Made by a program: the position numbers and the translations under genes
Assembly (NCBI GenBank): GCA_017859745.1
Contig: JAFMML010000008.1
Span: 7,027-71,026, forward strand
Length of the DNA: 64,000 nt
Origin: Planctomycetota bacterium
Lineage (GTDB): Bacteria; Planctomycetota; Phycisphaerae; Phycisphaerales; SM1A02
Direction of reading: 5' to 3'
In this document: positions 29,101-38,098 of the stretch, one piece after another
Layout of the letters: each line of letters starts with the position of its first letter
Position numbering within the stretch: position 1 is the stretch's first letter
Notes under the pieces: generated by a model
What the model saw: only the letters and a program-made list of their open reading frames with translations
Database searches by the model: none
What the model was told of the DNA's origin: nothing

Positions 29101-29223
29101 GAATCCGGTGTCACCCAGCACCCAGGCGAAGACCGACTCCTGCTCGGAGGAGGTCTCAACCGCGTTCGGCTGAGCGGGGAACAGGAGCGAAGCGAGGCAG
29201 AGCGAGGCAAGTGGGGTCCACAT
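26164..29223 (-). CDS. secreted protein: unknown N-terminal domain + 3 dockerin/EF-hand-like repeats + C-terminal GH56-like domain (paralog of 20087-23182)
   Basis: Signal peptide MWTPLASLCLASLLFPAQP. Repeats DLNGDGVIDGADQAIWL, DLNGDGFVDGADLAIRL and DLDGNGVIDGADLAIHL. C-terminal GYGILDFENPF, WTMYGMPRIKYW, NPSVYDRY and GADGIAFWTG. Confidence 0.65.
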   Translation of the reverse strand: MWTPLASLCLASLLFPAQPNAVETSSEQESVFAWVLGDTGFESSRFAPLLVIEDSDVATIETRFASMPAGRRGLATRSLLTTLSQDPSDHVVVAGHITDHSGPWLDGGISAATEELSALAKRLAASSQSVDLLLVEGESPISAAVLDTPDDLVWIAIRNDSRFDDVRPGSLTLQGAMTPSSDQWDLWNEFADATLAQAVERSAEGLRKASPDMVVVSAPAGDGPTTGSWSMELGVRSTTAGFAATSFDELRDQIESAVTRRSGGTAVLPRVIPFSHPGSSERRSFVVGTSMWDELVRHAILIGDGAVLYVEDRGTADPQDGVRFDGILEQTAAEEWAGAFFASARSSWESRSGSGFFATGVGAADGEMVWRITFAPGFTQLAVSVDGDSTIVRRDAGQSGGWLVHDAAVASEFPEFATRDEGEFAGPAATGGGLVPGGKRTSGPTLRTADSSSPNDGASFGVDPSDAAFADGGLGFTNQDLNGDGVIDGADQAIWLSGGAEAEWTDYGFEEDDYSGTDPRMNGGDLNGDGFVDGADLAIRLAGDGGFGTAPANVSTSPSRGSRSKPKLRLRQRNFTSVDADGAVSDGGWTDTAYGDLDGNGVIDGADLAIHLSSQTGNAAPGGDPAGGGSDGGDPDAADADSTGSDGDDAGESETGTTPDGTPPSVDPTIPIGDGGDGEPTPPNQNSTVTVLYDGLPSDTVVAGLQADGIEQYLIVYEAVDPDARTTGQIDADRVVQHIRTKHGDSPSGYGILDFENPFFERISAGPSDPHYQSTVNTIVALLDRVRAEFPNVKWTMYGMPRIKYWGPPGSYGWATADDPDREELLEAALEAFTPVLERCDWMNPSVYDRYELERQNQPSWQMWTDRETSWREYTVELCRRFNEGHAGPDKPIIPMVSPLFFKVGQIEYNMKYMTAEELLRDQVRPVMEAGADGIAFWTGFNYWTHAVTSSDDLGVLQQEARVAMANDFLDDAPEAWVDDSIRSELEARVSERVGETVQIGRLEAQSILATRLAGVPDS

Positions 29224-29650
29224 GACGACGAACTCCAGTGGCGGGATCGAACCGTAGCTTGACCGGGTGACCGCCTCCGAACGGAGGCTGCCGCCCAACG
29301 GGGTTGAGATCGGCTCGTCCCATCCGCCTGATGAGGGGATCCGCTCGGGAAACGACTCCTCCCGACCGGACCGCGTGATCCTTCGCAACCTGGCGGGACG
29401 AGTACGGGCCGGACGACCCGGCCTAGGACCGAGAATCGAATCGAACCACGTCGACGGGACCTTCCTTGTTCGCGAAGGGGGTCCCGATGACCGATCGAAC
29501 CACCTCGCGTCCGAGATTCTGCAACCGACAGATCGTCCGCTCCACCTGCAAGTCGCCCTCACGGTCGCTCGCCGGCTCGTAGGATCCTCCTGTTCCCCAA
29601 CCCCGGTGCAGGCGTCTCCCGACGCCACTCCGAAGTCCCTCCCGTCCAGC

Positions 29651-30916
29651 ATGTCCCATCGCCAGCGAAGAGGCATCCTCGTTTCCGGCGGCTACTCCTG
29701 CGCCAATCGCGGCGACTGGGCGCTCGGAGCCTCGGCGGTGCAGGCGATCCAGCGCAGCGATCTCGAGTCCCCAACGCTTCTGCAGGTGTTCGAACCGACC
29801 GACGACGTGCCGATCGAGGAGCGGTGCGAGACCATCGCCATGTGGCCGTCGTGGCGCAAGCGGTGGCATCGCGTGGGCAGCCTGGGCAGCCGGAACCGGT
29901 ACTACCGCCTTCAGATCGCCGACATGCGCCGGCATCTAGACGACGCTCGGCGTCGCCTCGAGGGGAAGGGCGCGCAGGGCACCCCGATCCTCTGGATCTG
30001 CGGCGGCGGCGTCATGAACGACGTGGCGAGTCACGGTCCCTTCACGGCGCGCCTTGGAACGATCGCGGCCGAGGAGGGCTGGGAGGTCCTGATGACCGGT
30101 CAGACCATCGGCCCGGTCCGCACCCCGAGGTTTCGCGAAGGCCTCGAGGCGTTCCTGCGAAGCTGCCGGTGGATCGGCGTTCGCGATGTCGACAGTCTCG
30201 AGCAGCTGCAGGCCATGGACGGGCTGAGCGCCGAGCCGGTCCGCAGGCTCGACGACGTGTTCTACATGCGTCCAATCGCCTCGGGATTCGCCGATCCGGA
30301 CCGCTATCAGCGGTCGACCGGCATGCCGCCTCCCGCCACGCCCTTCGTGCTGCTGACCCTGCACGCGCAAGGCGGAACTTCGGCGCCGATCGGCTGGCCC
30401 GAGGTCTCCCGAACCATCGAGGAGATCGAACGAACCGGGCGGCGCGTGGTGCTGGTCAACTTCGCCGGCCACGCCACGCCCGAGGATCGCGACATGGCCG
30501 CGCTGCGATCGGCGCATCCAGACGTCGCCCTGCTGCCGTGGAGCACCGACGTGCCGTCGCTGCGCGAACTGGCGGCCAGTGCCGATCTGGTCGTCTCCAC
30601 CCGCTTCCACGGACTCGTCTTCGCCCTGCACGCCGGCACGCCCGCGGTCACCACCCACGCCGGCAGCTACTACCGAACCAAGACATGGCGTCTGATGGAG
30701 GAGTGGGGTCTGGAGCGGTTCGCCGCCGACGTCTCCGAGGGATGGTCCGAGGTGCCGGGCCTGGTGCGAGAGGCGCTGGGCTCGCTCGAGGAGATGCGCG
30801 AGGTCGTCCGACTTCGCCGCCCCGACGAGATCGGCACGCTCCAACCGATGCTCGTCGCACATCTCCACGCCGCCGAACGCGAGGATCCGATCGTCCCGAC
30901 GGGAGGCTCGACGTGA
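29651..30916 (+). CDS. polysaccharide pyruvyl transferase family protein
   Basis: N-terminal GILVSGGYSCANRGDWALG (compare the CsaB/WcaK GNLGD motif) and C-terminal STRFHGLVFAL. The start was set at ATG 29651. Confidence 0.7.
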   Translation: MSHRQRRGILVSGGYSCANRGDWALGASAVQAIQRSDLESPTLLQVFEPTDDVPIEERCETIAMWPSWRKRWHRVGSLGSRNRYYRLQIADMRRHLDDARRRLEGKGAQGTPILWICGGGVMNDVASHGPFTARLGTIAAEEGWEVLMTGQTIGPVRTPRFREGLEAFLRSCRWIGVRDVDSLEQLQAMDGLSAEPVRRLDDVFYMRPIASGFADPDRYQRSTGMPPPATPFVLLTLHAQGGTSAPIGWPEVSRTIEEIERTGRRVVLVNFAGHATPEDRDMAALRSAHPDVALLPWSTDVPSLRELAASADLVVSTRFHGLVFALHAGTPAVTTHAGSYYRTKTWRLMEEWGLERFAADVSEGWSEVPGLVREALGSLEEMREVVRLRRPDEIGTLQPMLVAHLHAAEREDPIVPTGGST

Positions 30917-31935
30917 GGATCGGACTGCTGCTCCCCGCCGCCATGGCCGTCGACGGCCGCGGCAACGGCATCCGCGCCCAGGCGATCCACCAGATGGAGG
31001 CCCTGCGCCGACTCGGGCACGACGTCGTCCCGATGCAGCCCTGGGAGGAGTACGACTCGGCGTCCTTCGACGTGGTGCACTTCCTCCTCGGCGGTCCTTC
31101 CGTGCACGGCCTCGCCGCCCGCCGCAGGGTCAGTCTGCGGATGCTCTCCTTCGCGCCGATCATCGACACCAACGAGTCCTTCTCGCGCTACCGCCTGGCC
31201 GCGCGACTCGGCGGCCTGACCCCGAAGGTCTTCACGATTCCGGGCATGTACCGCGAGCAGGCCATGGCAAGCGACCTCGTGGTCTGCCGAAGTCGTCACG
31301 AGCGCGACCGGATGGTGAAGGGCCTCGGCATCGACGACGCGAAGTGCCGCATCGTGCTCAACGGCGTCGACCCGCCACCACCGGCGGACGGCGATCGAGC
31401 TCGACGCAAGTTCGGACTCGACGGGGACTTCCTTCTGCACGTCGGTGCGTTCACGCAGGCTCGGAAGAACGCGGTGCGCCTGGCCGAGGCGGCGATCGCG
31501 GCGGAGCGCCCGCTGGTCATCGCCGGCCGCAGCGATCCGGGCGCAACCAGAAGCCGCCTCGACGAACTCGCCGCACGATCCGGTGGCCTGATTCGAATCC
31601 TGGAGTTCCTCGAGCGCCGGGACCTCGAGGACCTCTACGCGGCGTGCCGGGTGTTCTGCCTGCCCAGCGTGCACGAGGGCACCGGGCTCGTCGCCCTCGA
31701 GGCGGCCGCCCACGGCGCGGGCGTCGTCGTGACCCGCCACGGCGGGCCGCCCGACTACTTCGGCGAGGACGCTCGATACGTCGATCCCGCCAGTCGCGAG
31801 GACATCGCCAGGGCGATCTCGGAGGCATGGGAAGATCCCCGCGGAGACCGCCTCCGCCAACACGTCGCCGGCCTCACCTGGGAGGCTTCGGCGCGATCGC
31901 TGGTCGAGGCGTTCGAATCGCGGCGACCGAGCTGA
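30913..31935 (+). CDS. glycosyltransferase family 4
   Basis: The GTG overlaps the upstream stop (GTGA) and GGGAGG lies 6 nt upstream. GT-B C-terminal motif VFCLPSVHEGTGLVALEAAAHGAGVVVT. Confidence 0.7.
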   Translation: MRIGLLLPAAMAVDGRGNGIRAQAIHQMEALRRLGHDVVPMQPWEEYDSASFDVVHFLLGGPSVHGLAARRRVSLRMLSFAPIIDTNESFSRYRLAARLGGLTPKVFTIPGMYREQAMASDLVVCRSRHERDRMVKGLGIDDAKCRIVLNGVDPPPPADGDRARRKFGLDGDFLLHVGAFTQARKNAVRLAEAAIAAERPLVIAGRSDPGATRSRLDELAARSGGLIRILEFLERRDLEDLYAACRVFCLPSVHEGTGLVALEAAAHGAGVVVTRHGGPPDYFGEDARYVDPASREDIARAISEAWEDPRGDRLRQHVAGLTWEASARSLVEAFESRRPS

Positions 31936-31965
31936 CGTCGTCGACCGACGCCGCGTCGAGCGGTG

Positions 31966-33027
31966 CTACTGGTCGTGGCCGAGCGTGGCCGGAAGATCGT
32001 GCCCGGCATCGCGAAGGACCTTCTCGCGCTCGGCGAGTTCGAGGTCGTGCTCGACCATCATGCTGGCGAGTTCCTCCACGCTGGTGCGAGGCTCCCAGCC
32101 GAGCTTCTCCTTCGCCTTGGTCGCGTCTCCAAGCAGCTGATCCACCTCGGCGGGTCGGAAGTACTTCTCGTCGATGGTGACCCACTCGTCGAAGTCGAGA
32201 TCGAGGTGGGCGAAGGCCATCTTCCCGAACTCCTTCACCGAGATCATGCGGCCGGTCGCGATGACGTAGTCGTCCGCCTCGGGCTGCTGCAGCATCAGCC
32301 ACATCGCCTCGACGTAGTCCCGCGCGAAGCCCCAGTCGCGCTGCGCGTCGCAGTTGCCCAGATACAGCCGCTTCTGCAGTCCCAGCTTGATGCGGCCGGC
32401 GGCGCGGGTGATCTTCCGCGTGACGAAGGTCTCGCCGCGTCGCGGACTCTCATGGTTGAAGAGGATGCCGCTGGAGGCGTGCATCCCGTAGCTCTCGCGG
32501 TAGTTGACGGTGATCCAGTGCCCGAAGACCTTCGCGGCGCCGTATGGCGAACGGGGGTGGAAGGGCGTGGTCTCGCGCTGCGGAACCTCGCGGACCTTCC
32601 CGAACATCTCCGAACTCGAGGCCTGGTAGTAGCGGACCTGCTTTCCGCTCCAGTCCTGGAAGGTCCGGACCGCCTCGAGCATGCGAAGGGTGCCGAGGCC
32701 GTCCACGTCCGAAGTGAAGATCGGCTGGTCGAACGAGACCCGGACGTGGCTCTGGGCGCCGAGGTTGTAGACCTCGTCGGGCTTCACCTCCTGCAGGAGC
32801 TGCGACAGGTTGTTGCCGTCGGTGAGGTCGCCGTAGTGCAGGAAGAGCCGGGTGCCCTGCTCGTGCGGATCCCGGTAGAGGTGGTCGATCCGACTGGTGT
32901 TGAAGGTCGCCGATCGGCGGATCACGCCGTGGACCTCGTAGCCCTTCTCCAGCAGCAGCTCCGCGAGGTAGCTGCCGTCCTGTCCGGTGATGCCGGTGAT
33001 GATGGCGCGTCGGCTGGATCGTTGCAT
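31966..33027 (-). CDS. gmd: GDP-mannose 4,6-dehydratase
   Basis: [51 protein letters not shown] and [21 protein letters not shown]. Confidence 0.92.
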   Translation of the reverse strand: MQRSSRRAIITGITGQDGSYLAELLLEKGYEVHGVIRRSATFNTSRIDHLYRDPHEQGTRLFLHYGDLTDGNNLSQLLQEVKPDEVYNLGAQSHVRVSFDQPIFTSDVDGLGTLRMLEAVRTFQDWSGKQVRYYQASSSEMFGKVREVPQRETTPFHPRSPYGAAKVFGHWITVNYRESYGMHASSGILFNHESPRRGETFVTRKITRAAGRIKLGLQKRLYLGNCDAQRDWGFARDYVEAMWLMLQQPEADDYVIATGRMISVKEFGKMAFAHLDLDFDEWVTIDEKYFRPAEVDQLLGDATKAKEKLGWEPRTSVEELASMMVEHDLELAEREKVLRDAGHDLPATLGHDQ

Positions 33028-33260
33028 CGGTGGTGTTCCGCAGGTGGCGGTGGGGTCGTCCTACAGCGTAGATCTCCCCGGGGCGTCGATCGCGTCTATC
33101 GGCCATCGCCCGCGGTTTCGCCGATCCGATCGCCGGTTCGAGGGCGATCCGACCATCGATCCGCGAATCGAATCGATCCCGGCGGCGTTCTCGCAGATCA
33201 GGATGAACCCGACGGCACCGGTCGCCGATAATCCCCATCCGGGATTCGGACCCTTCGCCC

Positions 33261-34211
33261 ATGCACCTCGATCTCGCCTCCTGCAGAGTCGCCGTGACCG
33301 GCGGCGCCGGCTTCCTCGGACACGCCGTGCTCGAGCGTCTCGCCGCGCGGGGAGTCGCGGACGTGACGGTTCCGAGGCGACGCGACTACGACCTGACCCG
33401 CGAGGGCGACGCCGCGCGGATGTACGAGGACCTGGCCCCGGACGTGGTGCTGCATCTCGCCGCCGAGGTCGGCGGCATCGGCGCCAACCGGGACAATCCC
33501 GGCCGCTACTTCTTCGCCAACATGGCGATGGCGCTCAACCTGATCGAGCAGGCCCGCATCCGCGGCCTCCGCAAGTTCGTGCAGGTCGGGACGATCTGCG
33601 CCTACCCGAAGTTCGCGCCCGTCCCCTTCCGCGAAGACGACCTCTGGAACGGCTACCCGGAGGAGACCAACGCCCCCTACGGCGTCGCCAAGAAGGCGGC
33701 GATGGTCATGCTCGACGGATACCACCGGCAGTACGGCCTCGCCAGCGCCTATCTCCTTCCGGTCAACCTCTACGGGCCGAGGGACAACTTCGACCTGCAC
33801 ACCTCCCACGTCATTCCGGCCCTGATCCGCAAGTGCGAGACCGCGCGCGTCGAGGGCCGCGACCACATCGAGTGCTGGGGCACCGGGTCGGCGAGCCGCG
33901 AGTTCCTCTACGTCGACGACGCCGCCGAGGGCATCGTGCGCGCCGCCGAGCTGATGGAGGAGCCCGAGCCGATCAACCTCGGGACGAACATGGAGATCTC
34001 GATCCGGGACCTCGTGACGCTGATCGCGGACCTCGTCGGCTTCGAGGGCGAGATCCGCTGGGATCCCTCCAAGCCCGACGGACAGCCGCGACGCTGTCTC
34101 GACGTCACCCGGGCGAAGGAGCGCCTGGACTGGTCCGCGGAGGTCGCCTTCGAAGAGGGGCTTCGACGAACCATCGCGTGGTGGCGCGAGCATGGCGAGG
34201 TGCCGACGTGA
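33261..34211 (+). CDS. fcl: GDP-L-fucose synthase
   Basis: [33 protein letters not shown] and HVIPALIRK are typical of Fcl/WcaG. The gene is divergent from gmd. Confidence 0.9.
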   Translation: MHLDLASCRVAVTGGAGFLGHAVLERLAARGVADVTVPRRRDYDLTREGDAARMYEDLAPDVVLHLAAEVGGIGANRDNPGRYFFANMAMALNLIEQARIRGLRKFVQVGTICAYPKFAPVPFREDDLWNGYPEETNAPYGVAKKAAMVMLDGYHRQYGLASAYLLPVNLYGPRDNFDLHTSHVIPALIRKCETARVEGRDHIECWGTGSASREFLYVDDAAEGIVRAAELMEEPEPINLGTNMEISIRDLVTLIADLVGFEGEIRWDPSKPDGQPRRCLDVTRAKERLDWSAEVAFEEGLRRTIAWWREHGEVPT

Positions 34212-35479
34212 GCCGCACCGGGAGCCGACGCGATCGATCGAACTCCGGGGCTCCGATCGAGATCATCAACCAGTACTACGTGCCCGACGTCGCTTCGACC
34301 GGCCACCTTCTGCACGAACTGGCGACCGAACTCGCCAAGGACGGCCGGGACGTCCATGTGCTGACCTGCTTCCCCTCCTACGGCCCGCCCGACACCTGGC
34401 TGCCCTGCCCGCGAAGGGAGACGGTCGCCGGCGTGCGGGTCCGACGCCTTCGCACCACTCGCTTCAGCAAGGACAACCTGCTGGGACGCCTGGTCAATTC
34501 GGTGACGTTCCTGTTGCCGCTGGCCCTGCGGCAGTTCGTTCGACGAGGGCCCGACGCGGTCCTGCTCTACACCAGCAACCCGCCGTATCTGGGCATCATC
34601 GGCGCGCTGGTCTCGCTGATCCGTCGCCATCCCTACTGCGTGCTGCTTCACGACGCCTATCCGCAGCTGGCGATCTGGGTGGGAAAGGTCCGGGGCGGCG
34701 GACTCATCGAGCGGATCTGGCATCGGATGAACCGACTCATGTACGGCCGGGCCCTCGGCACCATCGTGCTTTGCGACAAGGCGCGAGATCTCGTGTGCGA
34801 CACCTACGGCATCGATCGCGACCGCGTCCATGTGGTGCCGAACTGGGCCGACCCCGACGTGCTGACTCCCGTCGCGAAGTCCGAGACCGCCTTCGCACGC
34901 ACGCACGACCTGCTCGAGGACTTCACGGTGATGTACTCGGGCAACCTCGGCCTCTACTACGACTTCGACACCGTGCTCGACGCGGCGGACCGCCTTCGAG
35001 ACGAGCGGGTGCGCTTCGTGCTGGTCGGCTCGGGCGGCCAGAGGGGACGCCTCGAGCGCGAGATCAAGGCCCGCGACCTCGCCAACGTGATCATGCTGCC
35101 CTACCAGCCCTTCGAGACGCTCAACGACAGCCTGAACGCCTGCGACGCCTCGCTGGTCTCGATCGCCGAAGGCATCGAGGGAATCTCGTTCCCGTCGAAG
35201 TTCTACTCCTCGCTTGCGGTGGCCAAGCCGATCGTGGCGATCAGCGAGGAGGACTCCGAGCTTCGGCGCGCCGTCGAATCCAGCGACTGCGGGGTCTGGG
35301 CCAGATCCGGCGACGGGGTCGGTCTCGCCCAGGCGATCCTCGCCCTCGCGCGGGATCCGGAACGCTGCGCCGCCTCGGGACGCCGGGCCCGCGAACTCAT
35401 GGAGCGGGAGTACACCGTCACCGCCTGCGCCGCCCGGTACGCGGAGATCCTCGACGCCTGCGCGATGGAGTCGCGATGA
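34208..35479 (+). CDS. glycosyltransferase family 4 (WcaI-like)
   Basis: [37 protein letters not shown] is typical of the WcaI N-terminus. The GTG overlaps the fcl stop. Confidence 0.75.
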   Translation: MSRTGSRRDRSNSGAPIEIINQYYVPDVASTGHLLHELATELAKDGRDVHVLTCFPSYGPPDTWLPCPRRETVAGVRVRRLRTTRFSKDNLLGRLVNSVTFLLPLALRQFVRRGPDAVLLYTSNPPYLGIIGALVSLIRRHPYCVLLHDAYPQLAIWVGKVRGGGLIERIWHRMNRLMYGRALGTIVLCDKARDLVCDTYGIDRDRVHVVPNWADPDVLTPVAKSETAFARTHDLLEDFTVMYSGNLGLYYDFDTVLDAADRLRDERVRFVLVGSGGQRGRLEREIKARDLANVIMLPYQPFETLNDSLNACDASLVSIAEGIEGISFPSKFYSSLAVAKPIVAISEEDSELRRAVESSDCGVWARSGDGVGLAQAILALARDPERCAASGRRARELMEREYTVTACAARYAEILDACAMESR

Positions 35480-36237
35480 AACGGCCTCTGCGGACCCTCG
35501 TGATCACCGAGAGCGATCCGCTCTACGTGATCCGCTTCTTCGAGGTCTTCTTCGAGGTGCTCCCGAAGGATCGAATCGAACTTCTCGGGGTGACCGTGTC
35601 CAAGGCGTTCCACGAGCCGATCCACCGCACGGCGCGCCGGATCCTGCGCTTCTACGGACCGGTCGACTTCACGCGCCTCTTGTGCCGATGGGGCGCCGCC
35701 AAGGTCGCGGGCCGCTCCATCGAGTCGCTCGCCTCGCGCCACGGCCATCGCCTGATCCCCGCCGAGAGCGTCAACGCGGAGTCCTATCTCGAACAGGTGC
35801 GGGCGCTCGAGCCGGACGTGATCGTCTCGGTCGCGGCGCCCGAGATCTTCAAGGCGCCGCTGCTCGGCATCCCGCGTCTGGGTTGCGTGAACATCCACTC
35901 CGGGCGTCTGCCCGCCTACCGCGGCATGATGCCGACGTTCTGGCAGATGCTGCAGGGGGAGTCGGACGTGACCGTCACCATCCATCGCATGGTGGAACGG
36001 CTCGACGCCGGCGAGATCCTCGCCGAGGAGCGCTTCCCGCTGAGATCGTCCGATCGTCTCGACCGCGTGATCACCGGAACCAAGCGACTCGGAGGGCGTC
36101 TCATGATCGACACCCTGCTCGACCTCGAGGCTCGTCTCGAAGCGGGGCGACTGCCCGAGGGCGAACCGGGCTACTTCCGGTTTCCGGCACCCGGCGACGT
36201 GCGGCGCTTCCGCGCGAAGGGACACCGGATGCTGTGA
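35476..36237 (+). CDS. formyltransferase-family protein (Fmt/ArnA-N-like)
   Basis: Asn-His-Asp catalytic set in CVNIHSGRLPAYRGMMP...RMVERLDAGEIL. The ATG overlaps the upstream stop. Confidence 0.7.
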   Translation: MKRPLRTLVITESDPLYVIRFFEVFFEVLPKDRIELLGVTVSKAFHEPIHRTARRILRFYGPVDFTRLLCRWGAAKVAGRSIESLASRHGHRLIPAESVNAESYLEQVRALEPDVIVSVAAPEIFKAPLLGIPRLGCVNIHSGRLPAYRGMMPTFWQMLQGESDVTVTIHRMVERLDAGEILAEERFPLRSSDRLDRVITGTKRLGGRLMIDTLLDLEARLEAGRLPEGEPGYFRFPAPGDVRRFRAKGHRML

Positions 36238-37085
36238 ACACCGCGCCTCCGATGGCGATGTCGATCGACGTGGAGGACTGGTTCCACGTGCAGAACCTGC
36301 GCGCCGGCATCTCCCGCGACAGCTGGGACGACCGCGAGCGCCGGGTGGTCGCCAACACCGACCGCATGCTCGAGGCCCTCGACGAGACGGGCGTGCGATG
36401 CACCTGCTTCGTGCTGGGCTGGGTCGCCGATCGGGAGCCGGATCTCGTCCGCCGCATCGCGGAGGCCGGACACGAGATCGCCTCGCACGGGCAGGGGCAC
36501 GACCTCGTCTACGACCTCGGGCCCGACGCGTTCCGCGAGGACGTGCGCCGCGCGAAGCGGACCCTCGAGGATCTCTCGGGCCGAGCGGTCGTGGGCTACC
36601 GCGCGCCGAACTTCTCGATCACGGACTGGGCGATCGACATCCTTCGCGAGGAGGGGCATCGCTGGGACTCCTCTTCCTTCCCGGTGGTCGCCCACGACCG
36701 ATACGGCCGCCTGTCCGGAGCTCCGGCCGGCGAGGACGTCTATCCGATCGGAGACGCGTTCCACGAGGTCTGCGTGTCCTCGCTCGAGACCCTCGGCACG
36801 CGGATTCCCTGGGGAGGCGGCGGGTACTTCCGCCTGCTGCCATACGCCGTGTTTCGCCGCGGCGTCCGTTCGATCGTCTCGAAGGGTCGGCCCTTCGTCT
36901 TCTACATCCATCCGTGGGAGATCGATCCGGGGCAGCCGCGCGTCGGGGGACTGTCTCGCTCCCACGCGTTTCGCCACTACGTCAACCTCGGCCGATGCGA
37001 GGGCCGCTGGCGACGACTGCTGTCGGAGTTCCCCTGGACCACGATCGGAGATCTGCTCGACCGCGGAGTCGCGGCCGGTCAGTAG
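36234..37085 (+). CDS. polysaccharide deacetylase (CE4), PEP-CTERM/exosortase-locus subfamily-like
   Basis: MSIDVEDWFHV, FVLGWVADREPDLVRRIAEAGHEIASHGQGH, GYRAPNFSI, GGGYFRLLPY, FYIHPWEIDPGQPR and FRHYVNLGRCEGR. GTG 36234 overlaps the upstream stop; the alternative is ATG 36252. Confidence 0.8.
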   Translation: MNTAPPMAMSIDVEDWFHVQNLRAGISRDSWDDRERRVVANTDRMLEALDETGVRCTCFVLGWVADREPDLVRRIAEAGHEIASHGQGHDLVYDLGPDAFREDVRRAKRTLEDLSGRAVVGYRAPNFSITDWAIDILREEGHRWDSSSFPVVAHDRYGRLSGAPAGEDVYPIGDAFHEVCVSSLETLGTRIPWGGGGYFRLLPYAVFRRGVRSIVSKGRPFVFYIHPWEIDPGQPRVGGLSRSHAFRHYVNLGRCEGRWRRLLSEFPWTTIGDLLDRGVAAGQ

Positions 37086-38098
37086 CGCTGGATGTCGCGG
37101 GGTGGAATCCGCCAGATCGGCTTCCGATGCCGGCCGGTCTCCAGATACCAGCGGGTCATGCGGGCGATCCCCTCGGGAATCGAGACCTCCGAGACGAAGC
37201 CGGCGTCGCGCAGCTTCGAGGCCTCGAACTTGGTCTCGAGTTCGAACAGCTTTCGAACCCGCATCGAGGAGATCGGCAGGTTCCATCCGGTCAGTGCGAT
37301 GACCGCGTCGAACGGCTTGGCGCCGAGCAGGACCAGTCCCATCGGCAGGCGCACCCCAGGACGCGATCGCCCCAGCGCGTCGGCGACCGCCTGCGCGATC
37401 GCGGAACTTCGCAGATCGGGCTTCTCGACGAAGTTGAAGGTGTCGATCCCCTCGCCGTGCCGCTCCCAGAGATGCATGGTGGCGTCGACGAGGTTCTCGA
37501 CGTACGCGAGGCTCTTGACGTTGCGTCCCTCGCCAGCGACCACGAACCGGCGGCGCTGCACCTGCCGAATCAGCGAGTACATGTTCGCGTAGTTGCCGGG
37601 CCCGAAGCAGATCGTGGGCCGGATCACCAGGCACGAACGCCCGTCGCCGCGATCCGCCCAGCGGCGGAAGACCGCCTCGCCGGCGAGCTTCGAGGCGCCG
37701 TAGTCGTGCTCGGGCTGCGGTGTGGCGGACTCCTCGCGCGGCTCGGGGCACGCGCCGTAGACCGCGCAGGAGGAGAACCAGCAGACCCGTCGAATGCCGC
37801 AACGGTCCAGCGCCTCGCACGTCGCCTCGGATCCACCCTCGTTGACCCCGAAGTAGGTCTCGTGGTCGATGCCGAAGTCGTGGTGCGCCGCCGCCAGCGC
37901 CAGCACCGCATCGCATCCCTCGAAGGCACGGACCAGCGCGTCCACGTCGCGGACGTCGCCCCGATGGAACGCCTCCAGCGGGAGGTCGCCTTCCGGTTCG
38001 ACCAGATCGAGCGCCACGACGGCGTGGCCCTGTGCGGCCAGACGCCGCACGAACCAGCTGCCGATGAACCCGGTGCCTCCGGTGACGCAGATCCTCAT
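37079..38098 (-). CDS. NAD-dependent epimerase/dehydratase (SDR)
   Basis: MRICVTGGTGFIGS and YGASKLAGE. It converges on the deacetylase gene with a 7-nt overlap. Confidence 0.75.
   Translation of the reverse strand: MRICVTGGTGFIGSWFVRRLAAQGHAVVALDLVEPEGDLPLEAFHRGDVRDVDALVRAFEGCDAVLALAAAHHDFGIDHETYFGVNEGGSEATCEALDRCGIRRVCWFSSCAVYGACPEPREESATPQPEHDYGASKLAGEAVFRRWADRGDGRSCLVIRPTICFGPGNYANMYSLIRQVQRRRFVVAGEGRNVKSLAYVENLVDATMHLWERHGEGIDTFNFVEKPDLRSSAIAQAVADALGRSRPGVRLPMGLVLLGAKPFDAVIALTGWNLPISSMRVRKLFELETKFEASKLRDAGFVSEVSIPEGIARMTRWYLETGRHRKPIWRIPPRDIQRY

Noticed and set aside
29267-29650. 128-codon N-terminal extension of the pyruvyltransferase ORF
   Set aside because: The extension is compositionally non-protein-like, and pyruvyltransferases normally begin a few residues before the GxxGNxGD motif. 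The region is more likely the 427-nt divergent promoter region shared with GH56-like gene B.
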